Shown: one piece after another, positions 46,651 to 58,888 of the stretch
How the letters are laid out: the number at the start of each line of letters is the position of its first letter
How positions within the stretch are numbered: the stretch's first letter is position 1
From: Podarcis cretensis
Lineage: Eukaryota
Length of the DNA stretch: 64,000 bases
NCBI GenBank assembly: GCA_951804945.1
Contig: OX638151.1
Span: 75,454,001-75,518,000 of the forward strand
Direction of reading: 5' to 3'
Translations under genes and position numbers: made by a program
Notes under the pieces: model-generated
What the model saw: the letters and a program-made list of their open reading frames with translations, nothing else
Told to the model about the DNA's origin: nothing
Databases searched by the model: none

Positions 46651-48696
46651 CATTCTTTAAGTCCAAACTGATGTGCAAACTTTTGCTCTTAAAGCACTCC
46701 AGCAAAGGTCTATATGCTAGGATTGAACTGTCAGGTTACGAAATCTTGACATTTACTGGGATCACAGTGATTTAGTGCAGGGCTTAATAAAACAGCACAA
46801 TGATATGTGGAAAAATAAGGCCCTGGGCTAAACTTGTCTCCTCAGCTCATAAAAGTGTAATAATTGTGACTCTTTAAAAGCATTGAACTGGTTACATGTC
46901 TCTTTGGGTTCTGAACCATCTGTATCCATGAAGATAATTCATGAGTGGAAAAAAAGACAATAGTTTTTAAGAAAGCTAAAAGTGATCAAAAGGAAGTATC
47001 ACTTCCTATGATCTACACACCTTTGGTTTGTTCCACTGTTGCTTCTGGTAAAAGGGGTGTGGCAGATTTTGAAATATCAAATAAGACACAAAGACTATTT
47101 ACTAGAGACAGTGATGGGAAGAGTGTGGTTTCCTGAGAATCATTACAAAATTAAGTTTCACCAGGCCACTTATGAATCAGGTCACACTGTATGGAAAACC
47201 TAAGATTCTACATCATGGAATTAATTTCTGCAAAGCAGAAAATGAGATAGTCTTGTTATATGGGAATGACACTAACAGTAAAGAAAGGAAATATCAGTTT
47301 TTCAGATGTGAAGAAGGACAGCGGATTGTGTGTACCATCACCTTACTTTTGCCTTTGGTAAACAGGTTTTGCAGGGTTTCCTATTTTCCACCCCAAGCAT
47401 CAGTACCTGTTTAACAAAGGTTGAACAAAAGAAATACATGCCTCTCTCTAAACACTTCTAACTGTTCTTGAAAACCATTGTGTGTATCCAGACACACCTA
47501 TATAGTTTTTCATTTGAGAACATCTGAATTATTTGCTTCCTGGTGCTCTTCCTTCTATATACTCTTTGGACTATTGCAAGATCGCTCCATTTCTTTGTTA
47601 CGTGCTTCACACAGAATACAAACAGAAACACGTTGTTTCGGCCCCAAGGTACGAACCAAACACATTGTAATGTCTTGCCATTATTCTAGCTGCTAGTCTT
47701 GTTCTATGAAATGACTTATTCCCCTCTTTCCCTCCACCCCCCCTTAAGCGGAACGGCTGCAACCTGATCGTACCTGCTAATTGCTAGGCAATAAAGTAAA
47801 AGTGTTTATTAGGGTATGGAGGTTTCACAGCTCTGGAATTCCATGAGGAGAAATCAAGGTTATTAAAGGCTTCTTGTGCCCAGGAGTGAAAAGAACAGTT
47901 CTTTCTACCCCACCCCACTCTATCATCCTTTTTACGTTGATACATTCCAGAAAGTACAAGTTTGTTCCCTCCAGTATCCCTGCCCCAGCTACAGATGCAT
48001 GTTTTCATTCTGTAACCAGCTGTAGCTAATTGCATCAGTGCCGCCTTTCGTGCTGTACATGAAAAGGAAACCTGTAATTTATTGCAACAGACCACACCAT
48101 TTCTGCTGTACATCTTGCCTCTTCTGTCATTGCAACGAGCGCATTTTTCATGGCATGTTGGCAGCCCAGCAAGAGGAAAACAACGTTGCCATATGTTGCA
48201 GCCAGATATCGATAAAAGAACAAACAAAAAACATGTTGTTTATTTGTAAGACCAGGATTTCTGAATCAGCCAGAAAGAATGTGGGGCCAAATCCACTGTT
48301 TTGTGTAAACCAGCTTCTCTTTCAACTTCAGTGTTGGCTGAGCACCAACATCATGTGGGGCAGGCATTCCTGCAAAGAAGAAGATGCCAGTACAGCATTG
48401 CCTCAAAGGGTTAACCCAAAAGGGCATGTTCCCACTCAAATCAGTAAATAATCATGCCAGCAGTAGATCGGGCCCCTGGTCTAGGTCTACAAGAACTTAT
48501 TAATCAAGATTTCATAGCATGCATTTTCTTCTTATGCATCTGTTGCTTTTAAAATCTGGAGAAGAATTACATGAGATTTTGAAATTTCTTTCTCTTTCTG
48601 TTTCCCACCTCTTCTTTTTTATCTTTTATTGAACACCAGCAGTATTTATTTCCTTACACCTTTGTTCCATTATGCTATCCAATGTGTCACACTTGT

Positions 48697-48736
48697 GTTT
48701 CCAATCCAGGCACTGACCAGACTTAGCTTAGCTTCA
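48697..48736 (-). repeat. 5S-rRNA-derived (SINE3-like) fragment
   Basis: TCCAATCCAGGCACTGACCAGACTTAGCTTAGCTTC resembles the reverse complement of the 5S internal control region; short and degenerate. Confidence 0.4.
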
Positions 48737-49424
48737 GACCATACCCTGGGACCATCAAGCTTGATAGGGGAGCTCAGGGAAATGGAAAATCCCTTCCTAT
48801 ACTTGCCATCTCCACTACATATTGCACCTTTTGCTTCCACTCTTTTGCAATATTTCTTGAAAACCAATGCTACTATGGACTAACAGACTGGGCCAGACAT
48901 GCTATTTTAAAATCCTGAAATGAAGGTTAAAGCTCAGATAGACAAATTGTTAGTTTTATTTCCAATATAACAGCTGACATTACTGACCTAAGCGTTCCCA
49001 GGGCAGGAAACTGGGGCATCAATGTGAAAGCAGGGTAGCAGGAGGTGGGGCTTGAACAGAAGGGGGAAGGAGGTCAAATTAATATAGGATTGATCATATT
49101 AATCCTGTAAATATAGGCTTAATCTCAGGGAAGACAGCAAGCTGGGGATGGAAGAAAAGAGAAAAAAACATAAACCATATCCAAGCAGTACTATACCCAA
49201 GATGCAATCTTATGTGGAAGCAAGTCTCAATTACTAGATTAACAGTCTCTTACAATATATTCACTCCAGTGCCTATTCCAAACGACGTAACATTGAATCC
49301 AGTAGGGTTAACTCCCAGGAAACTCAATACAGGATTACAGCCCAATGGAGTGATATCTTAAACATAATTCAGAGGCTCATTCATTGCTATCTTATTCCTG
49401 CAGGTAGGTTCTCAGTTCATAGTG

Positions 49425-49595
49425 ATGAAGCCATTCTTCTTCTGAATGCCAATGGCTGGGACATACAAATGAGGAGATTGATGTTGCACTCAGGTTCTAA
49501 TTGGGGACGTCCCATAGGCATCTGGTTGGCCACTGTGGAAACTGGACTTGATGGGCTTTTGGTCTGATCCAGCAGAGCTTTGCTTATGTTCTTAC
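49425..49595 (+). mobile_element. CR1 3' end
   Basis: GGCATCTGGTTGGCCACTGTG..GGTCTGATCCAGCAGAGCTTTGCTTATGTTCTTA. Confidence 0.75.
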
Positions 49596-49830
49596 TATGC
49601 CTGCTTAGAGAGCCTTGGAGTCCTCCACGGACAGGCTGATGCAGCTCAACAACCCACACCTCCAGACTGGTCATGGACTAAGCTCACCACGTAAACAAAC
49701 TCCTTTGTACCTCATACTCAGCAAGGTACAAAATGGACCAAGCAGATCAAACTCAGAATGTGAAGTTCCTTGTAAGTATAAATAAACTAAAGTGTTCTTT
49801 GGCATAACTTCCCCACAGGGTAAGGGACAA

Positions 49831-50752
49831 ATACCCAGCTCTACCTCTCTTTCAAATCGGAAGCAATGAAGGCGGTGAAGGTCCTGTGTGAGTGTCTGGA
49901 GGTGGATGGAGGATGGATGGCGGCTAACAGATTGAGGCTGAATCCTGACAAGACAGAAGTACTGTTTTTTGGGGACAGGAGGCGGGCAGGTGTGGAGGAT
50001 TCCCTGGTCCTGAATGGGGTAACTGTGCCCCTGAAGGACCAGGTGCGCAGCCTGGGAGTCATTCTGGACTCACAGCTGTCCATGGAGGCACAGGTTAATT
50101 CTGTGTCCAGGGCAGCTGTTTATCAGCTCCATCTGCTACGCAGGCTGAGACCCTATCTGCCCGCGGACTGTCTCGCCAGAGTGGTGCATGCTCTGGTTAT
50201 CTCTCGCTTGGACTACTGCAATGCGCTTTATGGGGCTACCTTTGAAGGTGACCCGGAAACTACAATTAATCCAGAATCCGGCAGCTAGACTGGTGACTGG
50301 GAGCAGCCGCCGAGACCACATAACACTGGTCTTGAAAGACCTACATTGGCTCCCAGTACGTTTCCGAGCACAATTCAAAGTGTTGGTGCTGACCTTTAAA
50401 GCCCTAAATGGCCTTGGTCCAGTATACCTGAAGGAGCGTCTCCACCCCCATCGTTCTGCCCGGACGCTGAGGTCCAGCGCCGAGGGCCTTCTGGCGGTTC
50501 CCTCGCTGCGAGAAGCCAAGTTACAGGGAACCAGGCAGAGGGCCTTCTCGGTAGTGGCGCCCACCCTGTGGAACGCCCTCCCACCAGATGTCAAAGAGAA
50601 AAATAACTACCAAACTTTTAGAAGACATCTAAAGGCAGCCCTGTTTAGGGAAGCTTTTAATGTTTAATAGGTTATTGTATTTTAGTGTTTTGTTGGAAGC
50701 TTCCCAGAGTGGCTGGGGAAACCCAGCCAGATGGGCGGGGTATAAATAATAA

Positions 50753-50803
<51 letters not shown>
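49831..50803 (+). mobile_element. L2 LINE 3' fragment, young
   Basis: TQLYLSFKS, WMAANRLRLNPDKTE, VHALVISRLDYCNALY, LHWLPVRFRAQFK, TFRRHLKAALF; one 2-nt deletion frameshift at ~50231; (TTG)n tail 50754-50803. Confidence 0.95.
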
Positions 50804-50805
<2 letters not shown>

Positions 50806-50857
50806 CTATTATTCCTCTATGTCCCATAGTGTCAAAGCATGTAACAATACACCTGTA

Positions 50858-50990
50858 TCTTATTTTAGCCTCATGACAATCCCGTCAGGTATATCAGACT
50901 GTCAATCAGCAAAACACTCAAAGCCACCCAAAAAACTTCCTGACTGAGGAAGGATATGAACTTGGGTCTCCTGTTTCAAAACCCAACATT
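50858..50990 (-). mobile_element. MIR-like CORE-SINE, decayed
   Basis: TTATTTTAGCCTCATGACAATCCCGTCAGGTA..GGATATGAACTTGGGTCTCC. Confidence 0.5.
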
Positions 50991-52039
50991 CTACTGATGA
51001 CATCTTTTTCTAGATAGGGAAGGAATGGATGACATATTTTATTTGTCCAGCTAATTGAGTAAATATGTTCTATTAGTATTTGGACCATGTAAAATGCCTC
51101 ATGTGTTCCAAACAGAATTCAAATAACCTCAGTTTGACCCACTGCAGAGTTAGAGGACCTGAAGTAACTTTGCTTGCTCCATTTCTTGATCAATACAATA
51201 TTTCTTTACCCCCTTCCCTTGCAAATTCAGAAGCCATTTGTACAAATCAGTATGTGAAACCAATGCATTTGCACACCCAATAGTTTACAAAGTGGATCAA
51301 GCAGTTTATCAGTAGTGAAGTCACAAACTAGAGCCCCTGGACCATGGTCTCTCTTTTCTGTCATGTGCAAAATAGAGATGGTAATATTCCAATCTGTAAG
51401 TGTAAGTTCAATTTCAGATTTCTGTGGGAAATGCATGAGAAACATCTGTGGGATTTCCTCCTCCTCAAGACTCAGAGCATCTTTGTTTTATTTGAGGGAT
51501 AGCACTTGGTCTTGGATGTGTGAACAACCAGTCTCAAGATGCACAAATGTCTTCCAGATATTGAAAGTGTGTTTGTGTGTGTGTGTCGTGCACATTTCCT
51601 CAACCCCATTTTCTCCACACTGGATATCTTCCCATACCACATAAATTCACTATAAAATCTGAGGAAGAGGGTGGCTGTTCTGTGAAGGCTGCCCCTCACT
51701 TCCTTCTCTACAGCAAATAAAGGGTGATGTTTGCGCACAAAGGATTCCCTTAGCATATGGACCACAGAGCAGCACTGAAGCCATGTGTTAATATTTAAAA
51801 GGAAAAGCATTTTGCCCCATTTTGCACATGAAGAGGAATGTTGGTTCCCTCTGCGTTTGCTTTCCTTATGTCCACATTGCTCACAATTTAATTTTAGGGC
51901 TTGACATAATCTTTTGGGAGAGGGAAAATAAACCCTGTTACTCCCTACTTTACAACCTGCACCAGTTCCCCTCAAAAATCAAACAATAAAGCTCTTACAG
52001 GCCTTCAGAGCTGCTGCTGCATAAAGGAAATACAATTTA

Positions 52040-52125
52040 TTATGACTTCCAAGGAGGCTAAGGTGGCGTACATGATTCTCTCTTTCCTCATTTTATCATC
52101 ACAACAACCTTGTGGGGTAGGCTAA
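52040..52125 (-). mobile_element. MIR-like CORE-SINE fragment
   Basis: CCAAGGAGGCTAAGGTGGCGTACATG..CATTTTATCATCACAACAACCTTGTGGGGTAGGCTA, similar to 8915-9094. Confidence 0.6.
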
Positions 52126-52249
52126 GAAACTAGATAGTTCAACATTATAACAACTACACTGTGTTGTCTTCTATATGAAGTTCCAGATTCAATGTAGTAG
52201 CTTTGTGCAAATATTTTATTAATAAGCAAGCACACATATTCACACATAT

Positions 52250-52748
52250 CTGGAAGAAGCAAAGACCACCAGTGTTGAAGCAATGATTCTTCAACATCAA
52301 CTTCACTGGACTGGTGATGTTGTTTGAATGCCTGATTATTGTCTTCCAAAGCAACTGCTCTATTCCCAGCTTAAGAATCGAAAGTGAAATGCTGGTGAAC
52401 AACAAAAGAGATTTGAAGACACTTTCAAGGCAAATCTAAAAAAAATGCAGTATAAGCATGGCTAATTGGGAAACACTGGCCTGCGAGCACTCCAATTGGA
52501 GAATAGCCTCTACCAAAAGTTTCATGGACTTTAAAGAAGCACGAATTAAGGATTAAAGAGAGAAACAAGCTAAGAGGAAGGCAAGTTTGTCAAATCCTCA
52601 CTGAGATCAACTCCCACCCAGAAACCTATGTCCCAACTGTGGAAGGATGTGTGGATCCAGGATTGGCGTCCAAAGTCACTTATGGACACACCATTAAGGC
52701 CATATTCATGGAAGACAATCTTACTCGGCTACGAGTGATCACCAAAGA
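52250..52748 (+). mobile_element. RTE-clade LINE (not Bov-B) 3' fragment, decayed
   Basis: EEAKTTSVEAMILQHQLHWTGDVV*MPDYCLPKQLLYSQL and a terminal C2H2-like CPNCGRMCGSRIGVQSHLWTH. Confidence 0.85.
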
Positions 52749-54041
52749 AAACTCTTAGATTCCACTGAAATGCAAGACGCATGTTTCCTTTAAAGAGAGA
52801 TGAAGGAAATATTTACTGCCTTATAAAATTGGAAGAAATATGTGATTAAAAAGCAATCATTAGCTTTAAAGCTCAAGTAAGTTTCTTTATTAGGTGTTAA
52901 TAATTTTATTAGGTGCTGAATTGCTCTAGGGTTGGGACCAGATGATTCAGTATTAAGCATCTTGATGCATCATGAGTCTCCACCCCCTTTTCCTGCTGTG
53001 GCATATGAAGCTATGTGTACATTGAAGGAAACAGGTAATTATTTACAAGGCACCTCTCTTGTCTATGACTAGGTGTAAAGCATCACTAATGTTAGCATGT
53101 CTTTATTCACATGAATACTTTTCCTGTATCTTCATAAGAAAGGTCAAAGGAAACTGCACTATCATGATCTAATGACAATAAATCTGACAGCTCCCTAGTC
53201 AAATCCTTTTTATATATAATAACATTTTTTTTAAAAAAATTCAAATTAAATAAACTGTATTATAAAAATTTACTTTAAAAATACATAGACAAGGGTAAAA
53301 AGAATAACTGTATAATACAACTAAGGTAACACCCCACCAGCAGCAGCCCTCATTCTAAATGATTCATATAATGTAATTTAATGAAATGTAATGTAATGTC
53401 TATTTTGCCAACCTGGATATGAATAGAAAATTGAGTTTTGTATGTAGCAATGCAAGACAAGCACAGTTAAAGTAAAGCTTGTGATATACCCAGTTGTTGT
53501 CCAGGTGTTTGGATATAATCCATAAATGGATGCCAGACTGTGTGAAAGTCCAGTCGTTTAGCTTTCCCTTGGCTCCTTTCAGTGCAAAAATACCTTTATC
53601 TGCCATTGCTATCTTCTATAATCTATGCAGCCAAGCATCATTTGTAAACACTGCCAATAATTTCCAGTGTTTAGCTGTCTCCAGCTAGGCTCCAATAAAA
53701 AGAATAGCAAGGATTCATGTGACACATATTTATCAATTTTATCATACAAATCAAATCATTCTTAAAATCAATGGGGAAGGTCTAGGTTCATGGCTCACCA
53801 AACCCATTCCTAAGCAGGCTAGGCGCTCACTCTTTTGTTTCTTAAGAGCTTTTGTCAGATAAATACCTGACACATCAGGAATACAGTGAAATGGCTCTTG
53901 ACTTTTTAAAAAAGTTTTAAAAACAGGGTTCCTAATAATCACCAAGAGATCTGTACCCACATTCAGATATACATGCAGGACTTTTTACAGCCATTTTAAG
54001 GATTGTGCAACTGCCTTCTGCCACAATGACAGTTCCCTCCA

Positions 54042-54160
54042 CCAGTGTGGAACTTTTGCCCTTCCTAACGTTGAACTCAAACTCCCATCACCCTCACCCA
54101 GCATAGTCAATAATCACACACGATGGGAATTGAAGTCCAACAATGTCTCCTATGCACTCC
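54042..54160. mobile_element. ~135-bp hAT-like MITE, decayed
   Basis: AACTCCCATCACCCTCACCCAGCATAGTCAAT..GATGGGAATTGAAGTCCAACAA. Confidence 0.5.
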
Positions 54161-54655
54161 TCCCCCAGCACAGACATTTCAGCCCCAGAGAACGTTTGTG
54201 CCACACATGGCTGTTACTCGTCCTAAGCAGGTCTTTTTTCACTCTTTCCATTCTGGTTACGTGTAATAAAAAGAAATGTATCAGGTCTCTGTGTTCATTG
54301 ACATTATTGTGCTCTATTTTCCTCACCCCTGTTCCACCTCAGCCAGCTTTTCAAAGGATAGTTCTGCTTTGAAAGATGATTCAAATGTAAACTGTCTGAA
54401 GTGGCAGATATTCCACTTCAGTGCAGAAAAAAAGCTAAATAAGTAGTAAGAAAAACCCAAAGCAATGCTCTGAATTTTCAGAGCAAAACTAAACATGATG
54501 GCAGCAGATCTCTGCACTTACAGCTTGGATTTCAGTAATGAAGTAAGAAATAGGGTAAATTCTATCTATGGATCAAAAGGACAATGCAGCTCTGGAGAGC
54601 TGAAGGTCACCAGTTCTATATCTTACCTCCATGCAACACTTCTTTTGAGGCATTT

Positions 54656-54824
54656 GGTTTTGTACACACCATGCATTTAAAGCACCTTCCCAAAGAATCC
54701 TGGGAAATGAAATTTGCTAAGGGTGCTGGCAATTGCAGGTCTGTGAAAGGCAGTTCTCATGATTTTTCGGTGGGCTGGTGGGGATAGAATGGATGTGCTG
54801 TAAATGTATGGTGTGTACACAGCC
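54656..54824. mobile_element. PIF/Harbinger-like MITE
   Basis: TIRs GGTTTTGTACACACCAT / ATGGTGTGTACACAGCC. Confidence 0.7.
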
Positions 54825-55328
54825 AAAGTCTCTTAGCCAGGGTCACTTTTATGATATCGCCACCTGGCTGGGAGAAAAATGTCTTGGGAGAGAGCTATGT
54901 GGGGATTTCTGAACTTTTCACATCCACACTTCCTTTGTGGTTGTAGCAGATCCAGACTGAAACACAGAGATCTGCCACAATCACATCTATTTTACCAGTC
55001 CTTGAAGGGAGGTTGATAAAGTTTAGCAGTAGCGGCTGGTGAGGCAGCACAGGTGGGCCTCCATTGCTCTCCTGGCTTCCCAACATAGCAGATCACTGGC
55101 ACTTGCTGAGAAGGGAGGGATGAGGCATGGGGAACTCAATGATGCGCCACCGTTGGAGCTAAATGAGACTCACAATTTGGATTTGATTATACTGAGGCAT
55201 ATTGCAGGTGTGTTTGTATTGGCTCATGTCACAGAATGAGGAAGGAGGAGGTAGAAATCTAAAGGATAAGCCAGCACACTAAGACAGCAGTCCCTGAAAC
55301 AATTTAAAGTGGTGTCTTTGAATAACTA

Positions 55329-55660
55329 CAGGTGACACTGTGGGTTAAACCACAGAGCCTAGGACTTGCCGATCAGAAGGTTGGCAGTTCGAATCCCCGC
55401 AACGGGGTGAGCTCCCGTTGCTCAGTCCCTGCTCCTGCCAACCTAGCAGTTTGAAAGCACGTCAAAGTGCAAGAAGGCGGGAAGGTAAACGGCGTTTCCG
55501 TGCACTGCTCTGGTTCTCCAGAAGCGGCTTAGTCATGCTGGCCACATGACCCGGAAGCTGTACGCCAGCTCCCTCGGCCAATAAAGCGAGATGAGTGCCG
55601 CAACCCCAGAGTCAGTCACGACTGGACCTAATAGTCAGGGGTCCCTTTACCTTTACCTTT
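55329..55660 (+). mobile_element. Sauria SINE, intermediate-age subfamily, with an internal deletion
   Basis: Same subfamily as 19917-20253; lacks the TAGATAAATAGGTACCGCT segment. Confidence 0.92.
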
Positions 55661-55683
55661 AATCTTCTATACGTTTTGTATGT

Positions 55684-56060
55684 GGGACGCAGGTGGCGCT
55701 GTGGGTTAAAGCCTCAGCGCCTAGGGCTTGCCGATCGAAAGGTCGGCGGTTCGAATCCCTGCAGCGGGGTGCGCTCCCGCTGCTTGGTCCCAGCGCCTGC
55801 CAACCTAGCAGTTCGAAAGCACCTCCGGGTGCAAGTAGATAAATAGGGACCGCTTACCAGCGGGAAGGTAAACGGCGTTTCCGTGTGCGGCTCTGGCTCT
55901 GGCTCTGGCTCTGGCCAGAGCAGCGATGTCACGCTGGCCACGTGACCCGGAAGTGTCTCCGGACAGCGCTGGCCCCTGGCCTCTTAAGTGAGATGGGCGC
56001 ACAACCCCAGAGTCTGTCAAGACTGGCCCGTACGGGCAGGGGTACCTTTACCTTTACCTT
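55684..56060 (+). mobile_element. Sauria SINE, young subfamily with (CTCTGG)4
   Basis: Full-length; flanking GTTTTGTAT at 55673-55681 and 56066-56074; same subfamily as 2816-3209. Confidence 0.95.
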
Positions 56061-56959
56061 TTAAAGTTTTGTATCACTTTAACTATCATGGCTACTTCTA
56101 ACTGGGTTGGCGGCTGTGGATTCTTTGTTACTATCTTTAGTGCATGAGATAGGGTGCTTCTTCTCCTCCTGCTGCTGCTGCTGCACCAAGGACTGTACCA
56201 GGGTGGGCAGGGCAGGATGGCAGAAAGGTGAGGAAACATCAGGTTGGTAGCTACAGGTGCTTATGTGCAGCAGCACTCCATCTCACAGGCTGCAACTGAT
56301 CCCTAACACCTTTATTGATTGATTTCGTTTCAGGTATTTATCACAACTTATCAGCAGTCTGCATTAAAAACAAACAAACCACACCATACAGAGCATAAGA
56401 GCAATAAAAGTTAATCATAAAAACAGAAAACTGCCTTAAAGTAGTTTAGAAACCACTCTTGCCTAATCTTAAATGCTTAGGCTCTCGCAGAAGAAGGAAT
56501 GACTGTGAAACTAGCGTTAGTGTAAATGTTCTGCATGTGTTAGTTACATCACATGTTCTGGCCCATACTGCAGCCCAAGTTTCATGAGTCAATCATGTGC
56601 AATCTGTTATACGCCATTTATGTCAATGACAAAATTACTCCAGATTTCAATGGTCCACACTATGGAGTCAGCAGCTTAAGAACTAGAGTTGGTGTGTGCT
56701 AATGTAAATTTCTAAGATTATTAAATTTCTTGAAGTAGGGCAACATTTGCCCTGACGGCTTCACTGTAATTAATTACAGCATATTTAGAAGGCGAAAGCC
56801 ACATTTGAAACATGAATATACTTTTCAATGGCAATGCTGTTGTTGAAAATAGCATTCACCTGTATCCTCTTTCCTTGATGCCTAGAAGTCCCACAATAAT
56901 GGAGCCAGGGCTACCTGAAATGATGGTGCAGGTCCAGCAAACGATACCTTGAATGCCCA

Positions 56960-57200
56960 TACAATTGGGGCCCAAAATACCTGAAGGGCTGCCTGATTCT
57001 TTATGTTCTGCTTCAGTCCCTGAGGTCTTCGGATAGGGCACTTTTGGTGGTCCCACATGCCTGGCCTTTACCAGAGGCTTAGCCCTTAGTGTGGCAATCC
57101 TTGCACTGCGAAACTCATTGCCAATAGAAGTCTGGCAGGAGTCATCCTTGCCCATTTTTAGACATCATCAAAAAACTGTATTATCCAGACAGATCTTGCA
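56960..57200 (+). mobile_element. Ancient L2 fragment
   Basis: Degenerate LGPKYLKGCL..LRSSDRALLVVP..NSLPIEVWQ, parallel to the C-terminus of the young L2. Confidence 0.55.
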
Positions 57201-58089
57201 AAACTGAGTTTCTTTGCCAATCAGCTTTTACTTTCTCCTTTCTTGGTTTTACTGTGTTTCTTAGATTGAAATTTTATATGAAATGAATGAATGAATATAA
57301 AAGCTCAGCTGTTATTTATACACTTGCTTGTATGCACCTTGCGTGGATGTTTCTTGTTACTGTATCAGGCCTGAAAAATATGAATACAGTACCTGACTCT
57401 TCCTGGTATTCTGAAAGAGCATGACTAACCCTACTGGATTTCAGCATGCACATTTTTTCTTTGGATGTCAATGACTCCAAGAATACAAATTCTTACTCGC
57501 TTATATTTTGGTAGACAACATGAACTCTGCAACAGGAAGACAGATGGGAAATCCTGGGGTGGCAATCCCACCAGGCCACCCAACAAAACAAAGTGAAAGA
57601 GCACATCACTACATCATATGAAGACAAGCAAGCAATGCAATGAAACTGCTGGTCTAATTACATGGCAAGCACTGTGGGAAACCAGATCCCGTTGTTCCAA
57701 CCACTGTGCATATGCTTCTTTTTTTTAAAAAAAGAAAAGAAATAAACATTAGAAGTACATCTTGCAACACTGATTTGTTTTATCAGTTGGAGGCTAAGAA
57801 AATTCTCAAAAAATACTTAATAGCCCACTAATTGTGTGCTAAAGTCAATGGGAATGACAAATGTGTATGCACTTTCAGGATTCCAGCTGATGCGTCTTGT
57901 GGTGAGAATATTTTGAGTATCAAAGCCAACGTTTTCATTTCTTTATTCATTTCTTTTGATGGGTTTTCCCCCTCACAACTATTTAGTCAGCTTGATGTAA
58001 TGATATTAAGCAAGTGTTTACCATGGACATGTGCAGAAGAATGGATAATCTTCAACAGTACATGAGAAAATGTTCTTTGCATTGATGCC

Positions 58090-58499
58090 TGTCAGGGAAC
58101 TGCCATCGGAGAGTCAGGTGGTGGAAGGGCTCCAGGAGGCTAGGAGACCCTCGGATGCTGAGGAAGGAACCAGCAGGGGGAGAGAGAGAGTTCCTGCAGA
58201 AACTCAGTCGGAGGGAGGGCTCCAAGATACTTCCAGTGAGAACAGCGGAGAAGTCTCAGGACCTCCGTTGGGGACGCCTACTCCGCGCAGGAAACTGTCA
58301 CGCAGAGAATCCAGAAGGAGAGTTTCCGTTAAGGAACTCTTATGTTGGCGTAAATTCCGGAAGCGCCCACTGACAGATTCTGCCAGCGGTTGAGGTAGCC
58401 ATGCACCCATGGCTCCGTGGTCTGGGAGAGTTTTAGAAACTGATTGCATGAGTTGAGAACTCAACCATTTACGCACAAGCAGCCCCTTAACCCATAACA
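58090..58499 (+). mobile_element. Solo LTR (Gypsy-like), 410 bp
   Basis: TG...CA termini (TGTCAGG..CATAACA); perfect 5-bp TSD ATGCC at 58085-58089 and 58500-58504. Confidence 0.85.
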
Positions 58500-58750
58500 A
58501 TGCCATACCATACAAGGGGTCACAGCAGACATACGGGACAATCACCTCTATCTTAAATGCTTTCCTTGCCTAGATATAAATGGGGGTAGGAAAGTCCATT
58601 CATTAGGCAAGAAATAGTACAAAGAAGAAGCAGGGAGAGCTGCTTCTAGCTCGCTATGTTCCACTGCTATTAAGAAGTCCCCCTACCAAGCTCAGTTCTG
58701 ACACTGGAAGTAAGCCAGGCAGGATTGGCCCGAGCGGGTAAGTCCTCCAA

Positions 58751-58888
58751 CAAGGATGGAGAACCTGAAGTCCTCCAGATGTTATTAGACTATAACGCTC
58801 ATCACCCCTAATGCTTGGCCATACTAGTTGGGAATGGTTGGTGGTGAAGTCCATCAACATCTGGAGGGCCACAGGTTCTCCATCCTTA
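58751..58888. mobile_element. ~135-bp palindromic hAT-like MITE
   Basis: AAGGATGGAGAACCTG / CAGGTTCTCCATCCTT. Confidence 0.8.

Noticed and set aside
47784-48451. Overlapping 137-147 aa ORFs
   Set aside because: Cys-rich, random-looking translations on both strands with no motif; treated as a non-coding candidate instead.
58270-58330. Endogenous hepadnavirus core fragment (TPTPRRKLSRRESRRR)
   Set aside because: Low-complexity resemblance only; it lies inside a TG..CA LTR with a 5-bp TSD and no other viral gene.
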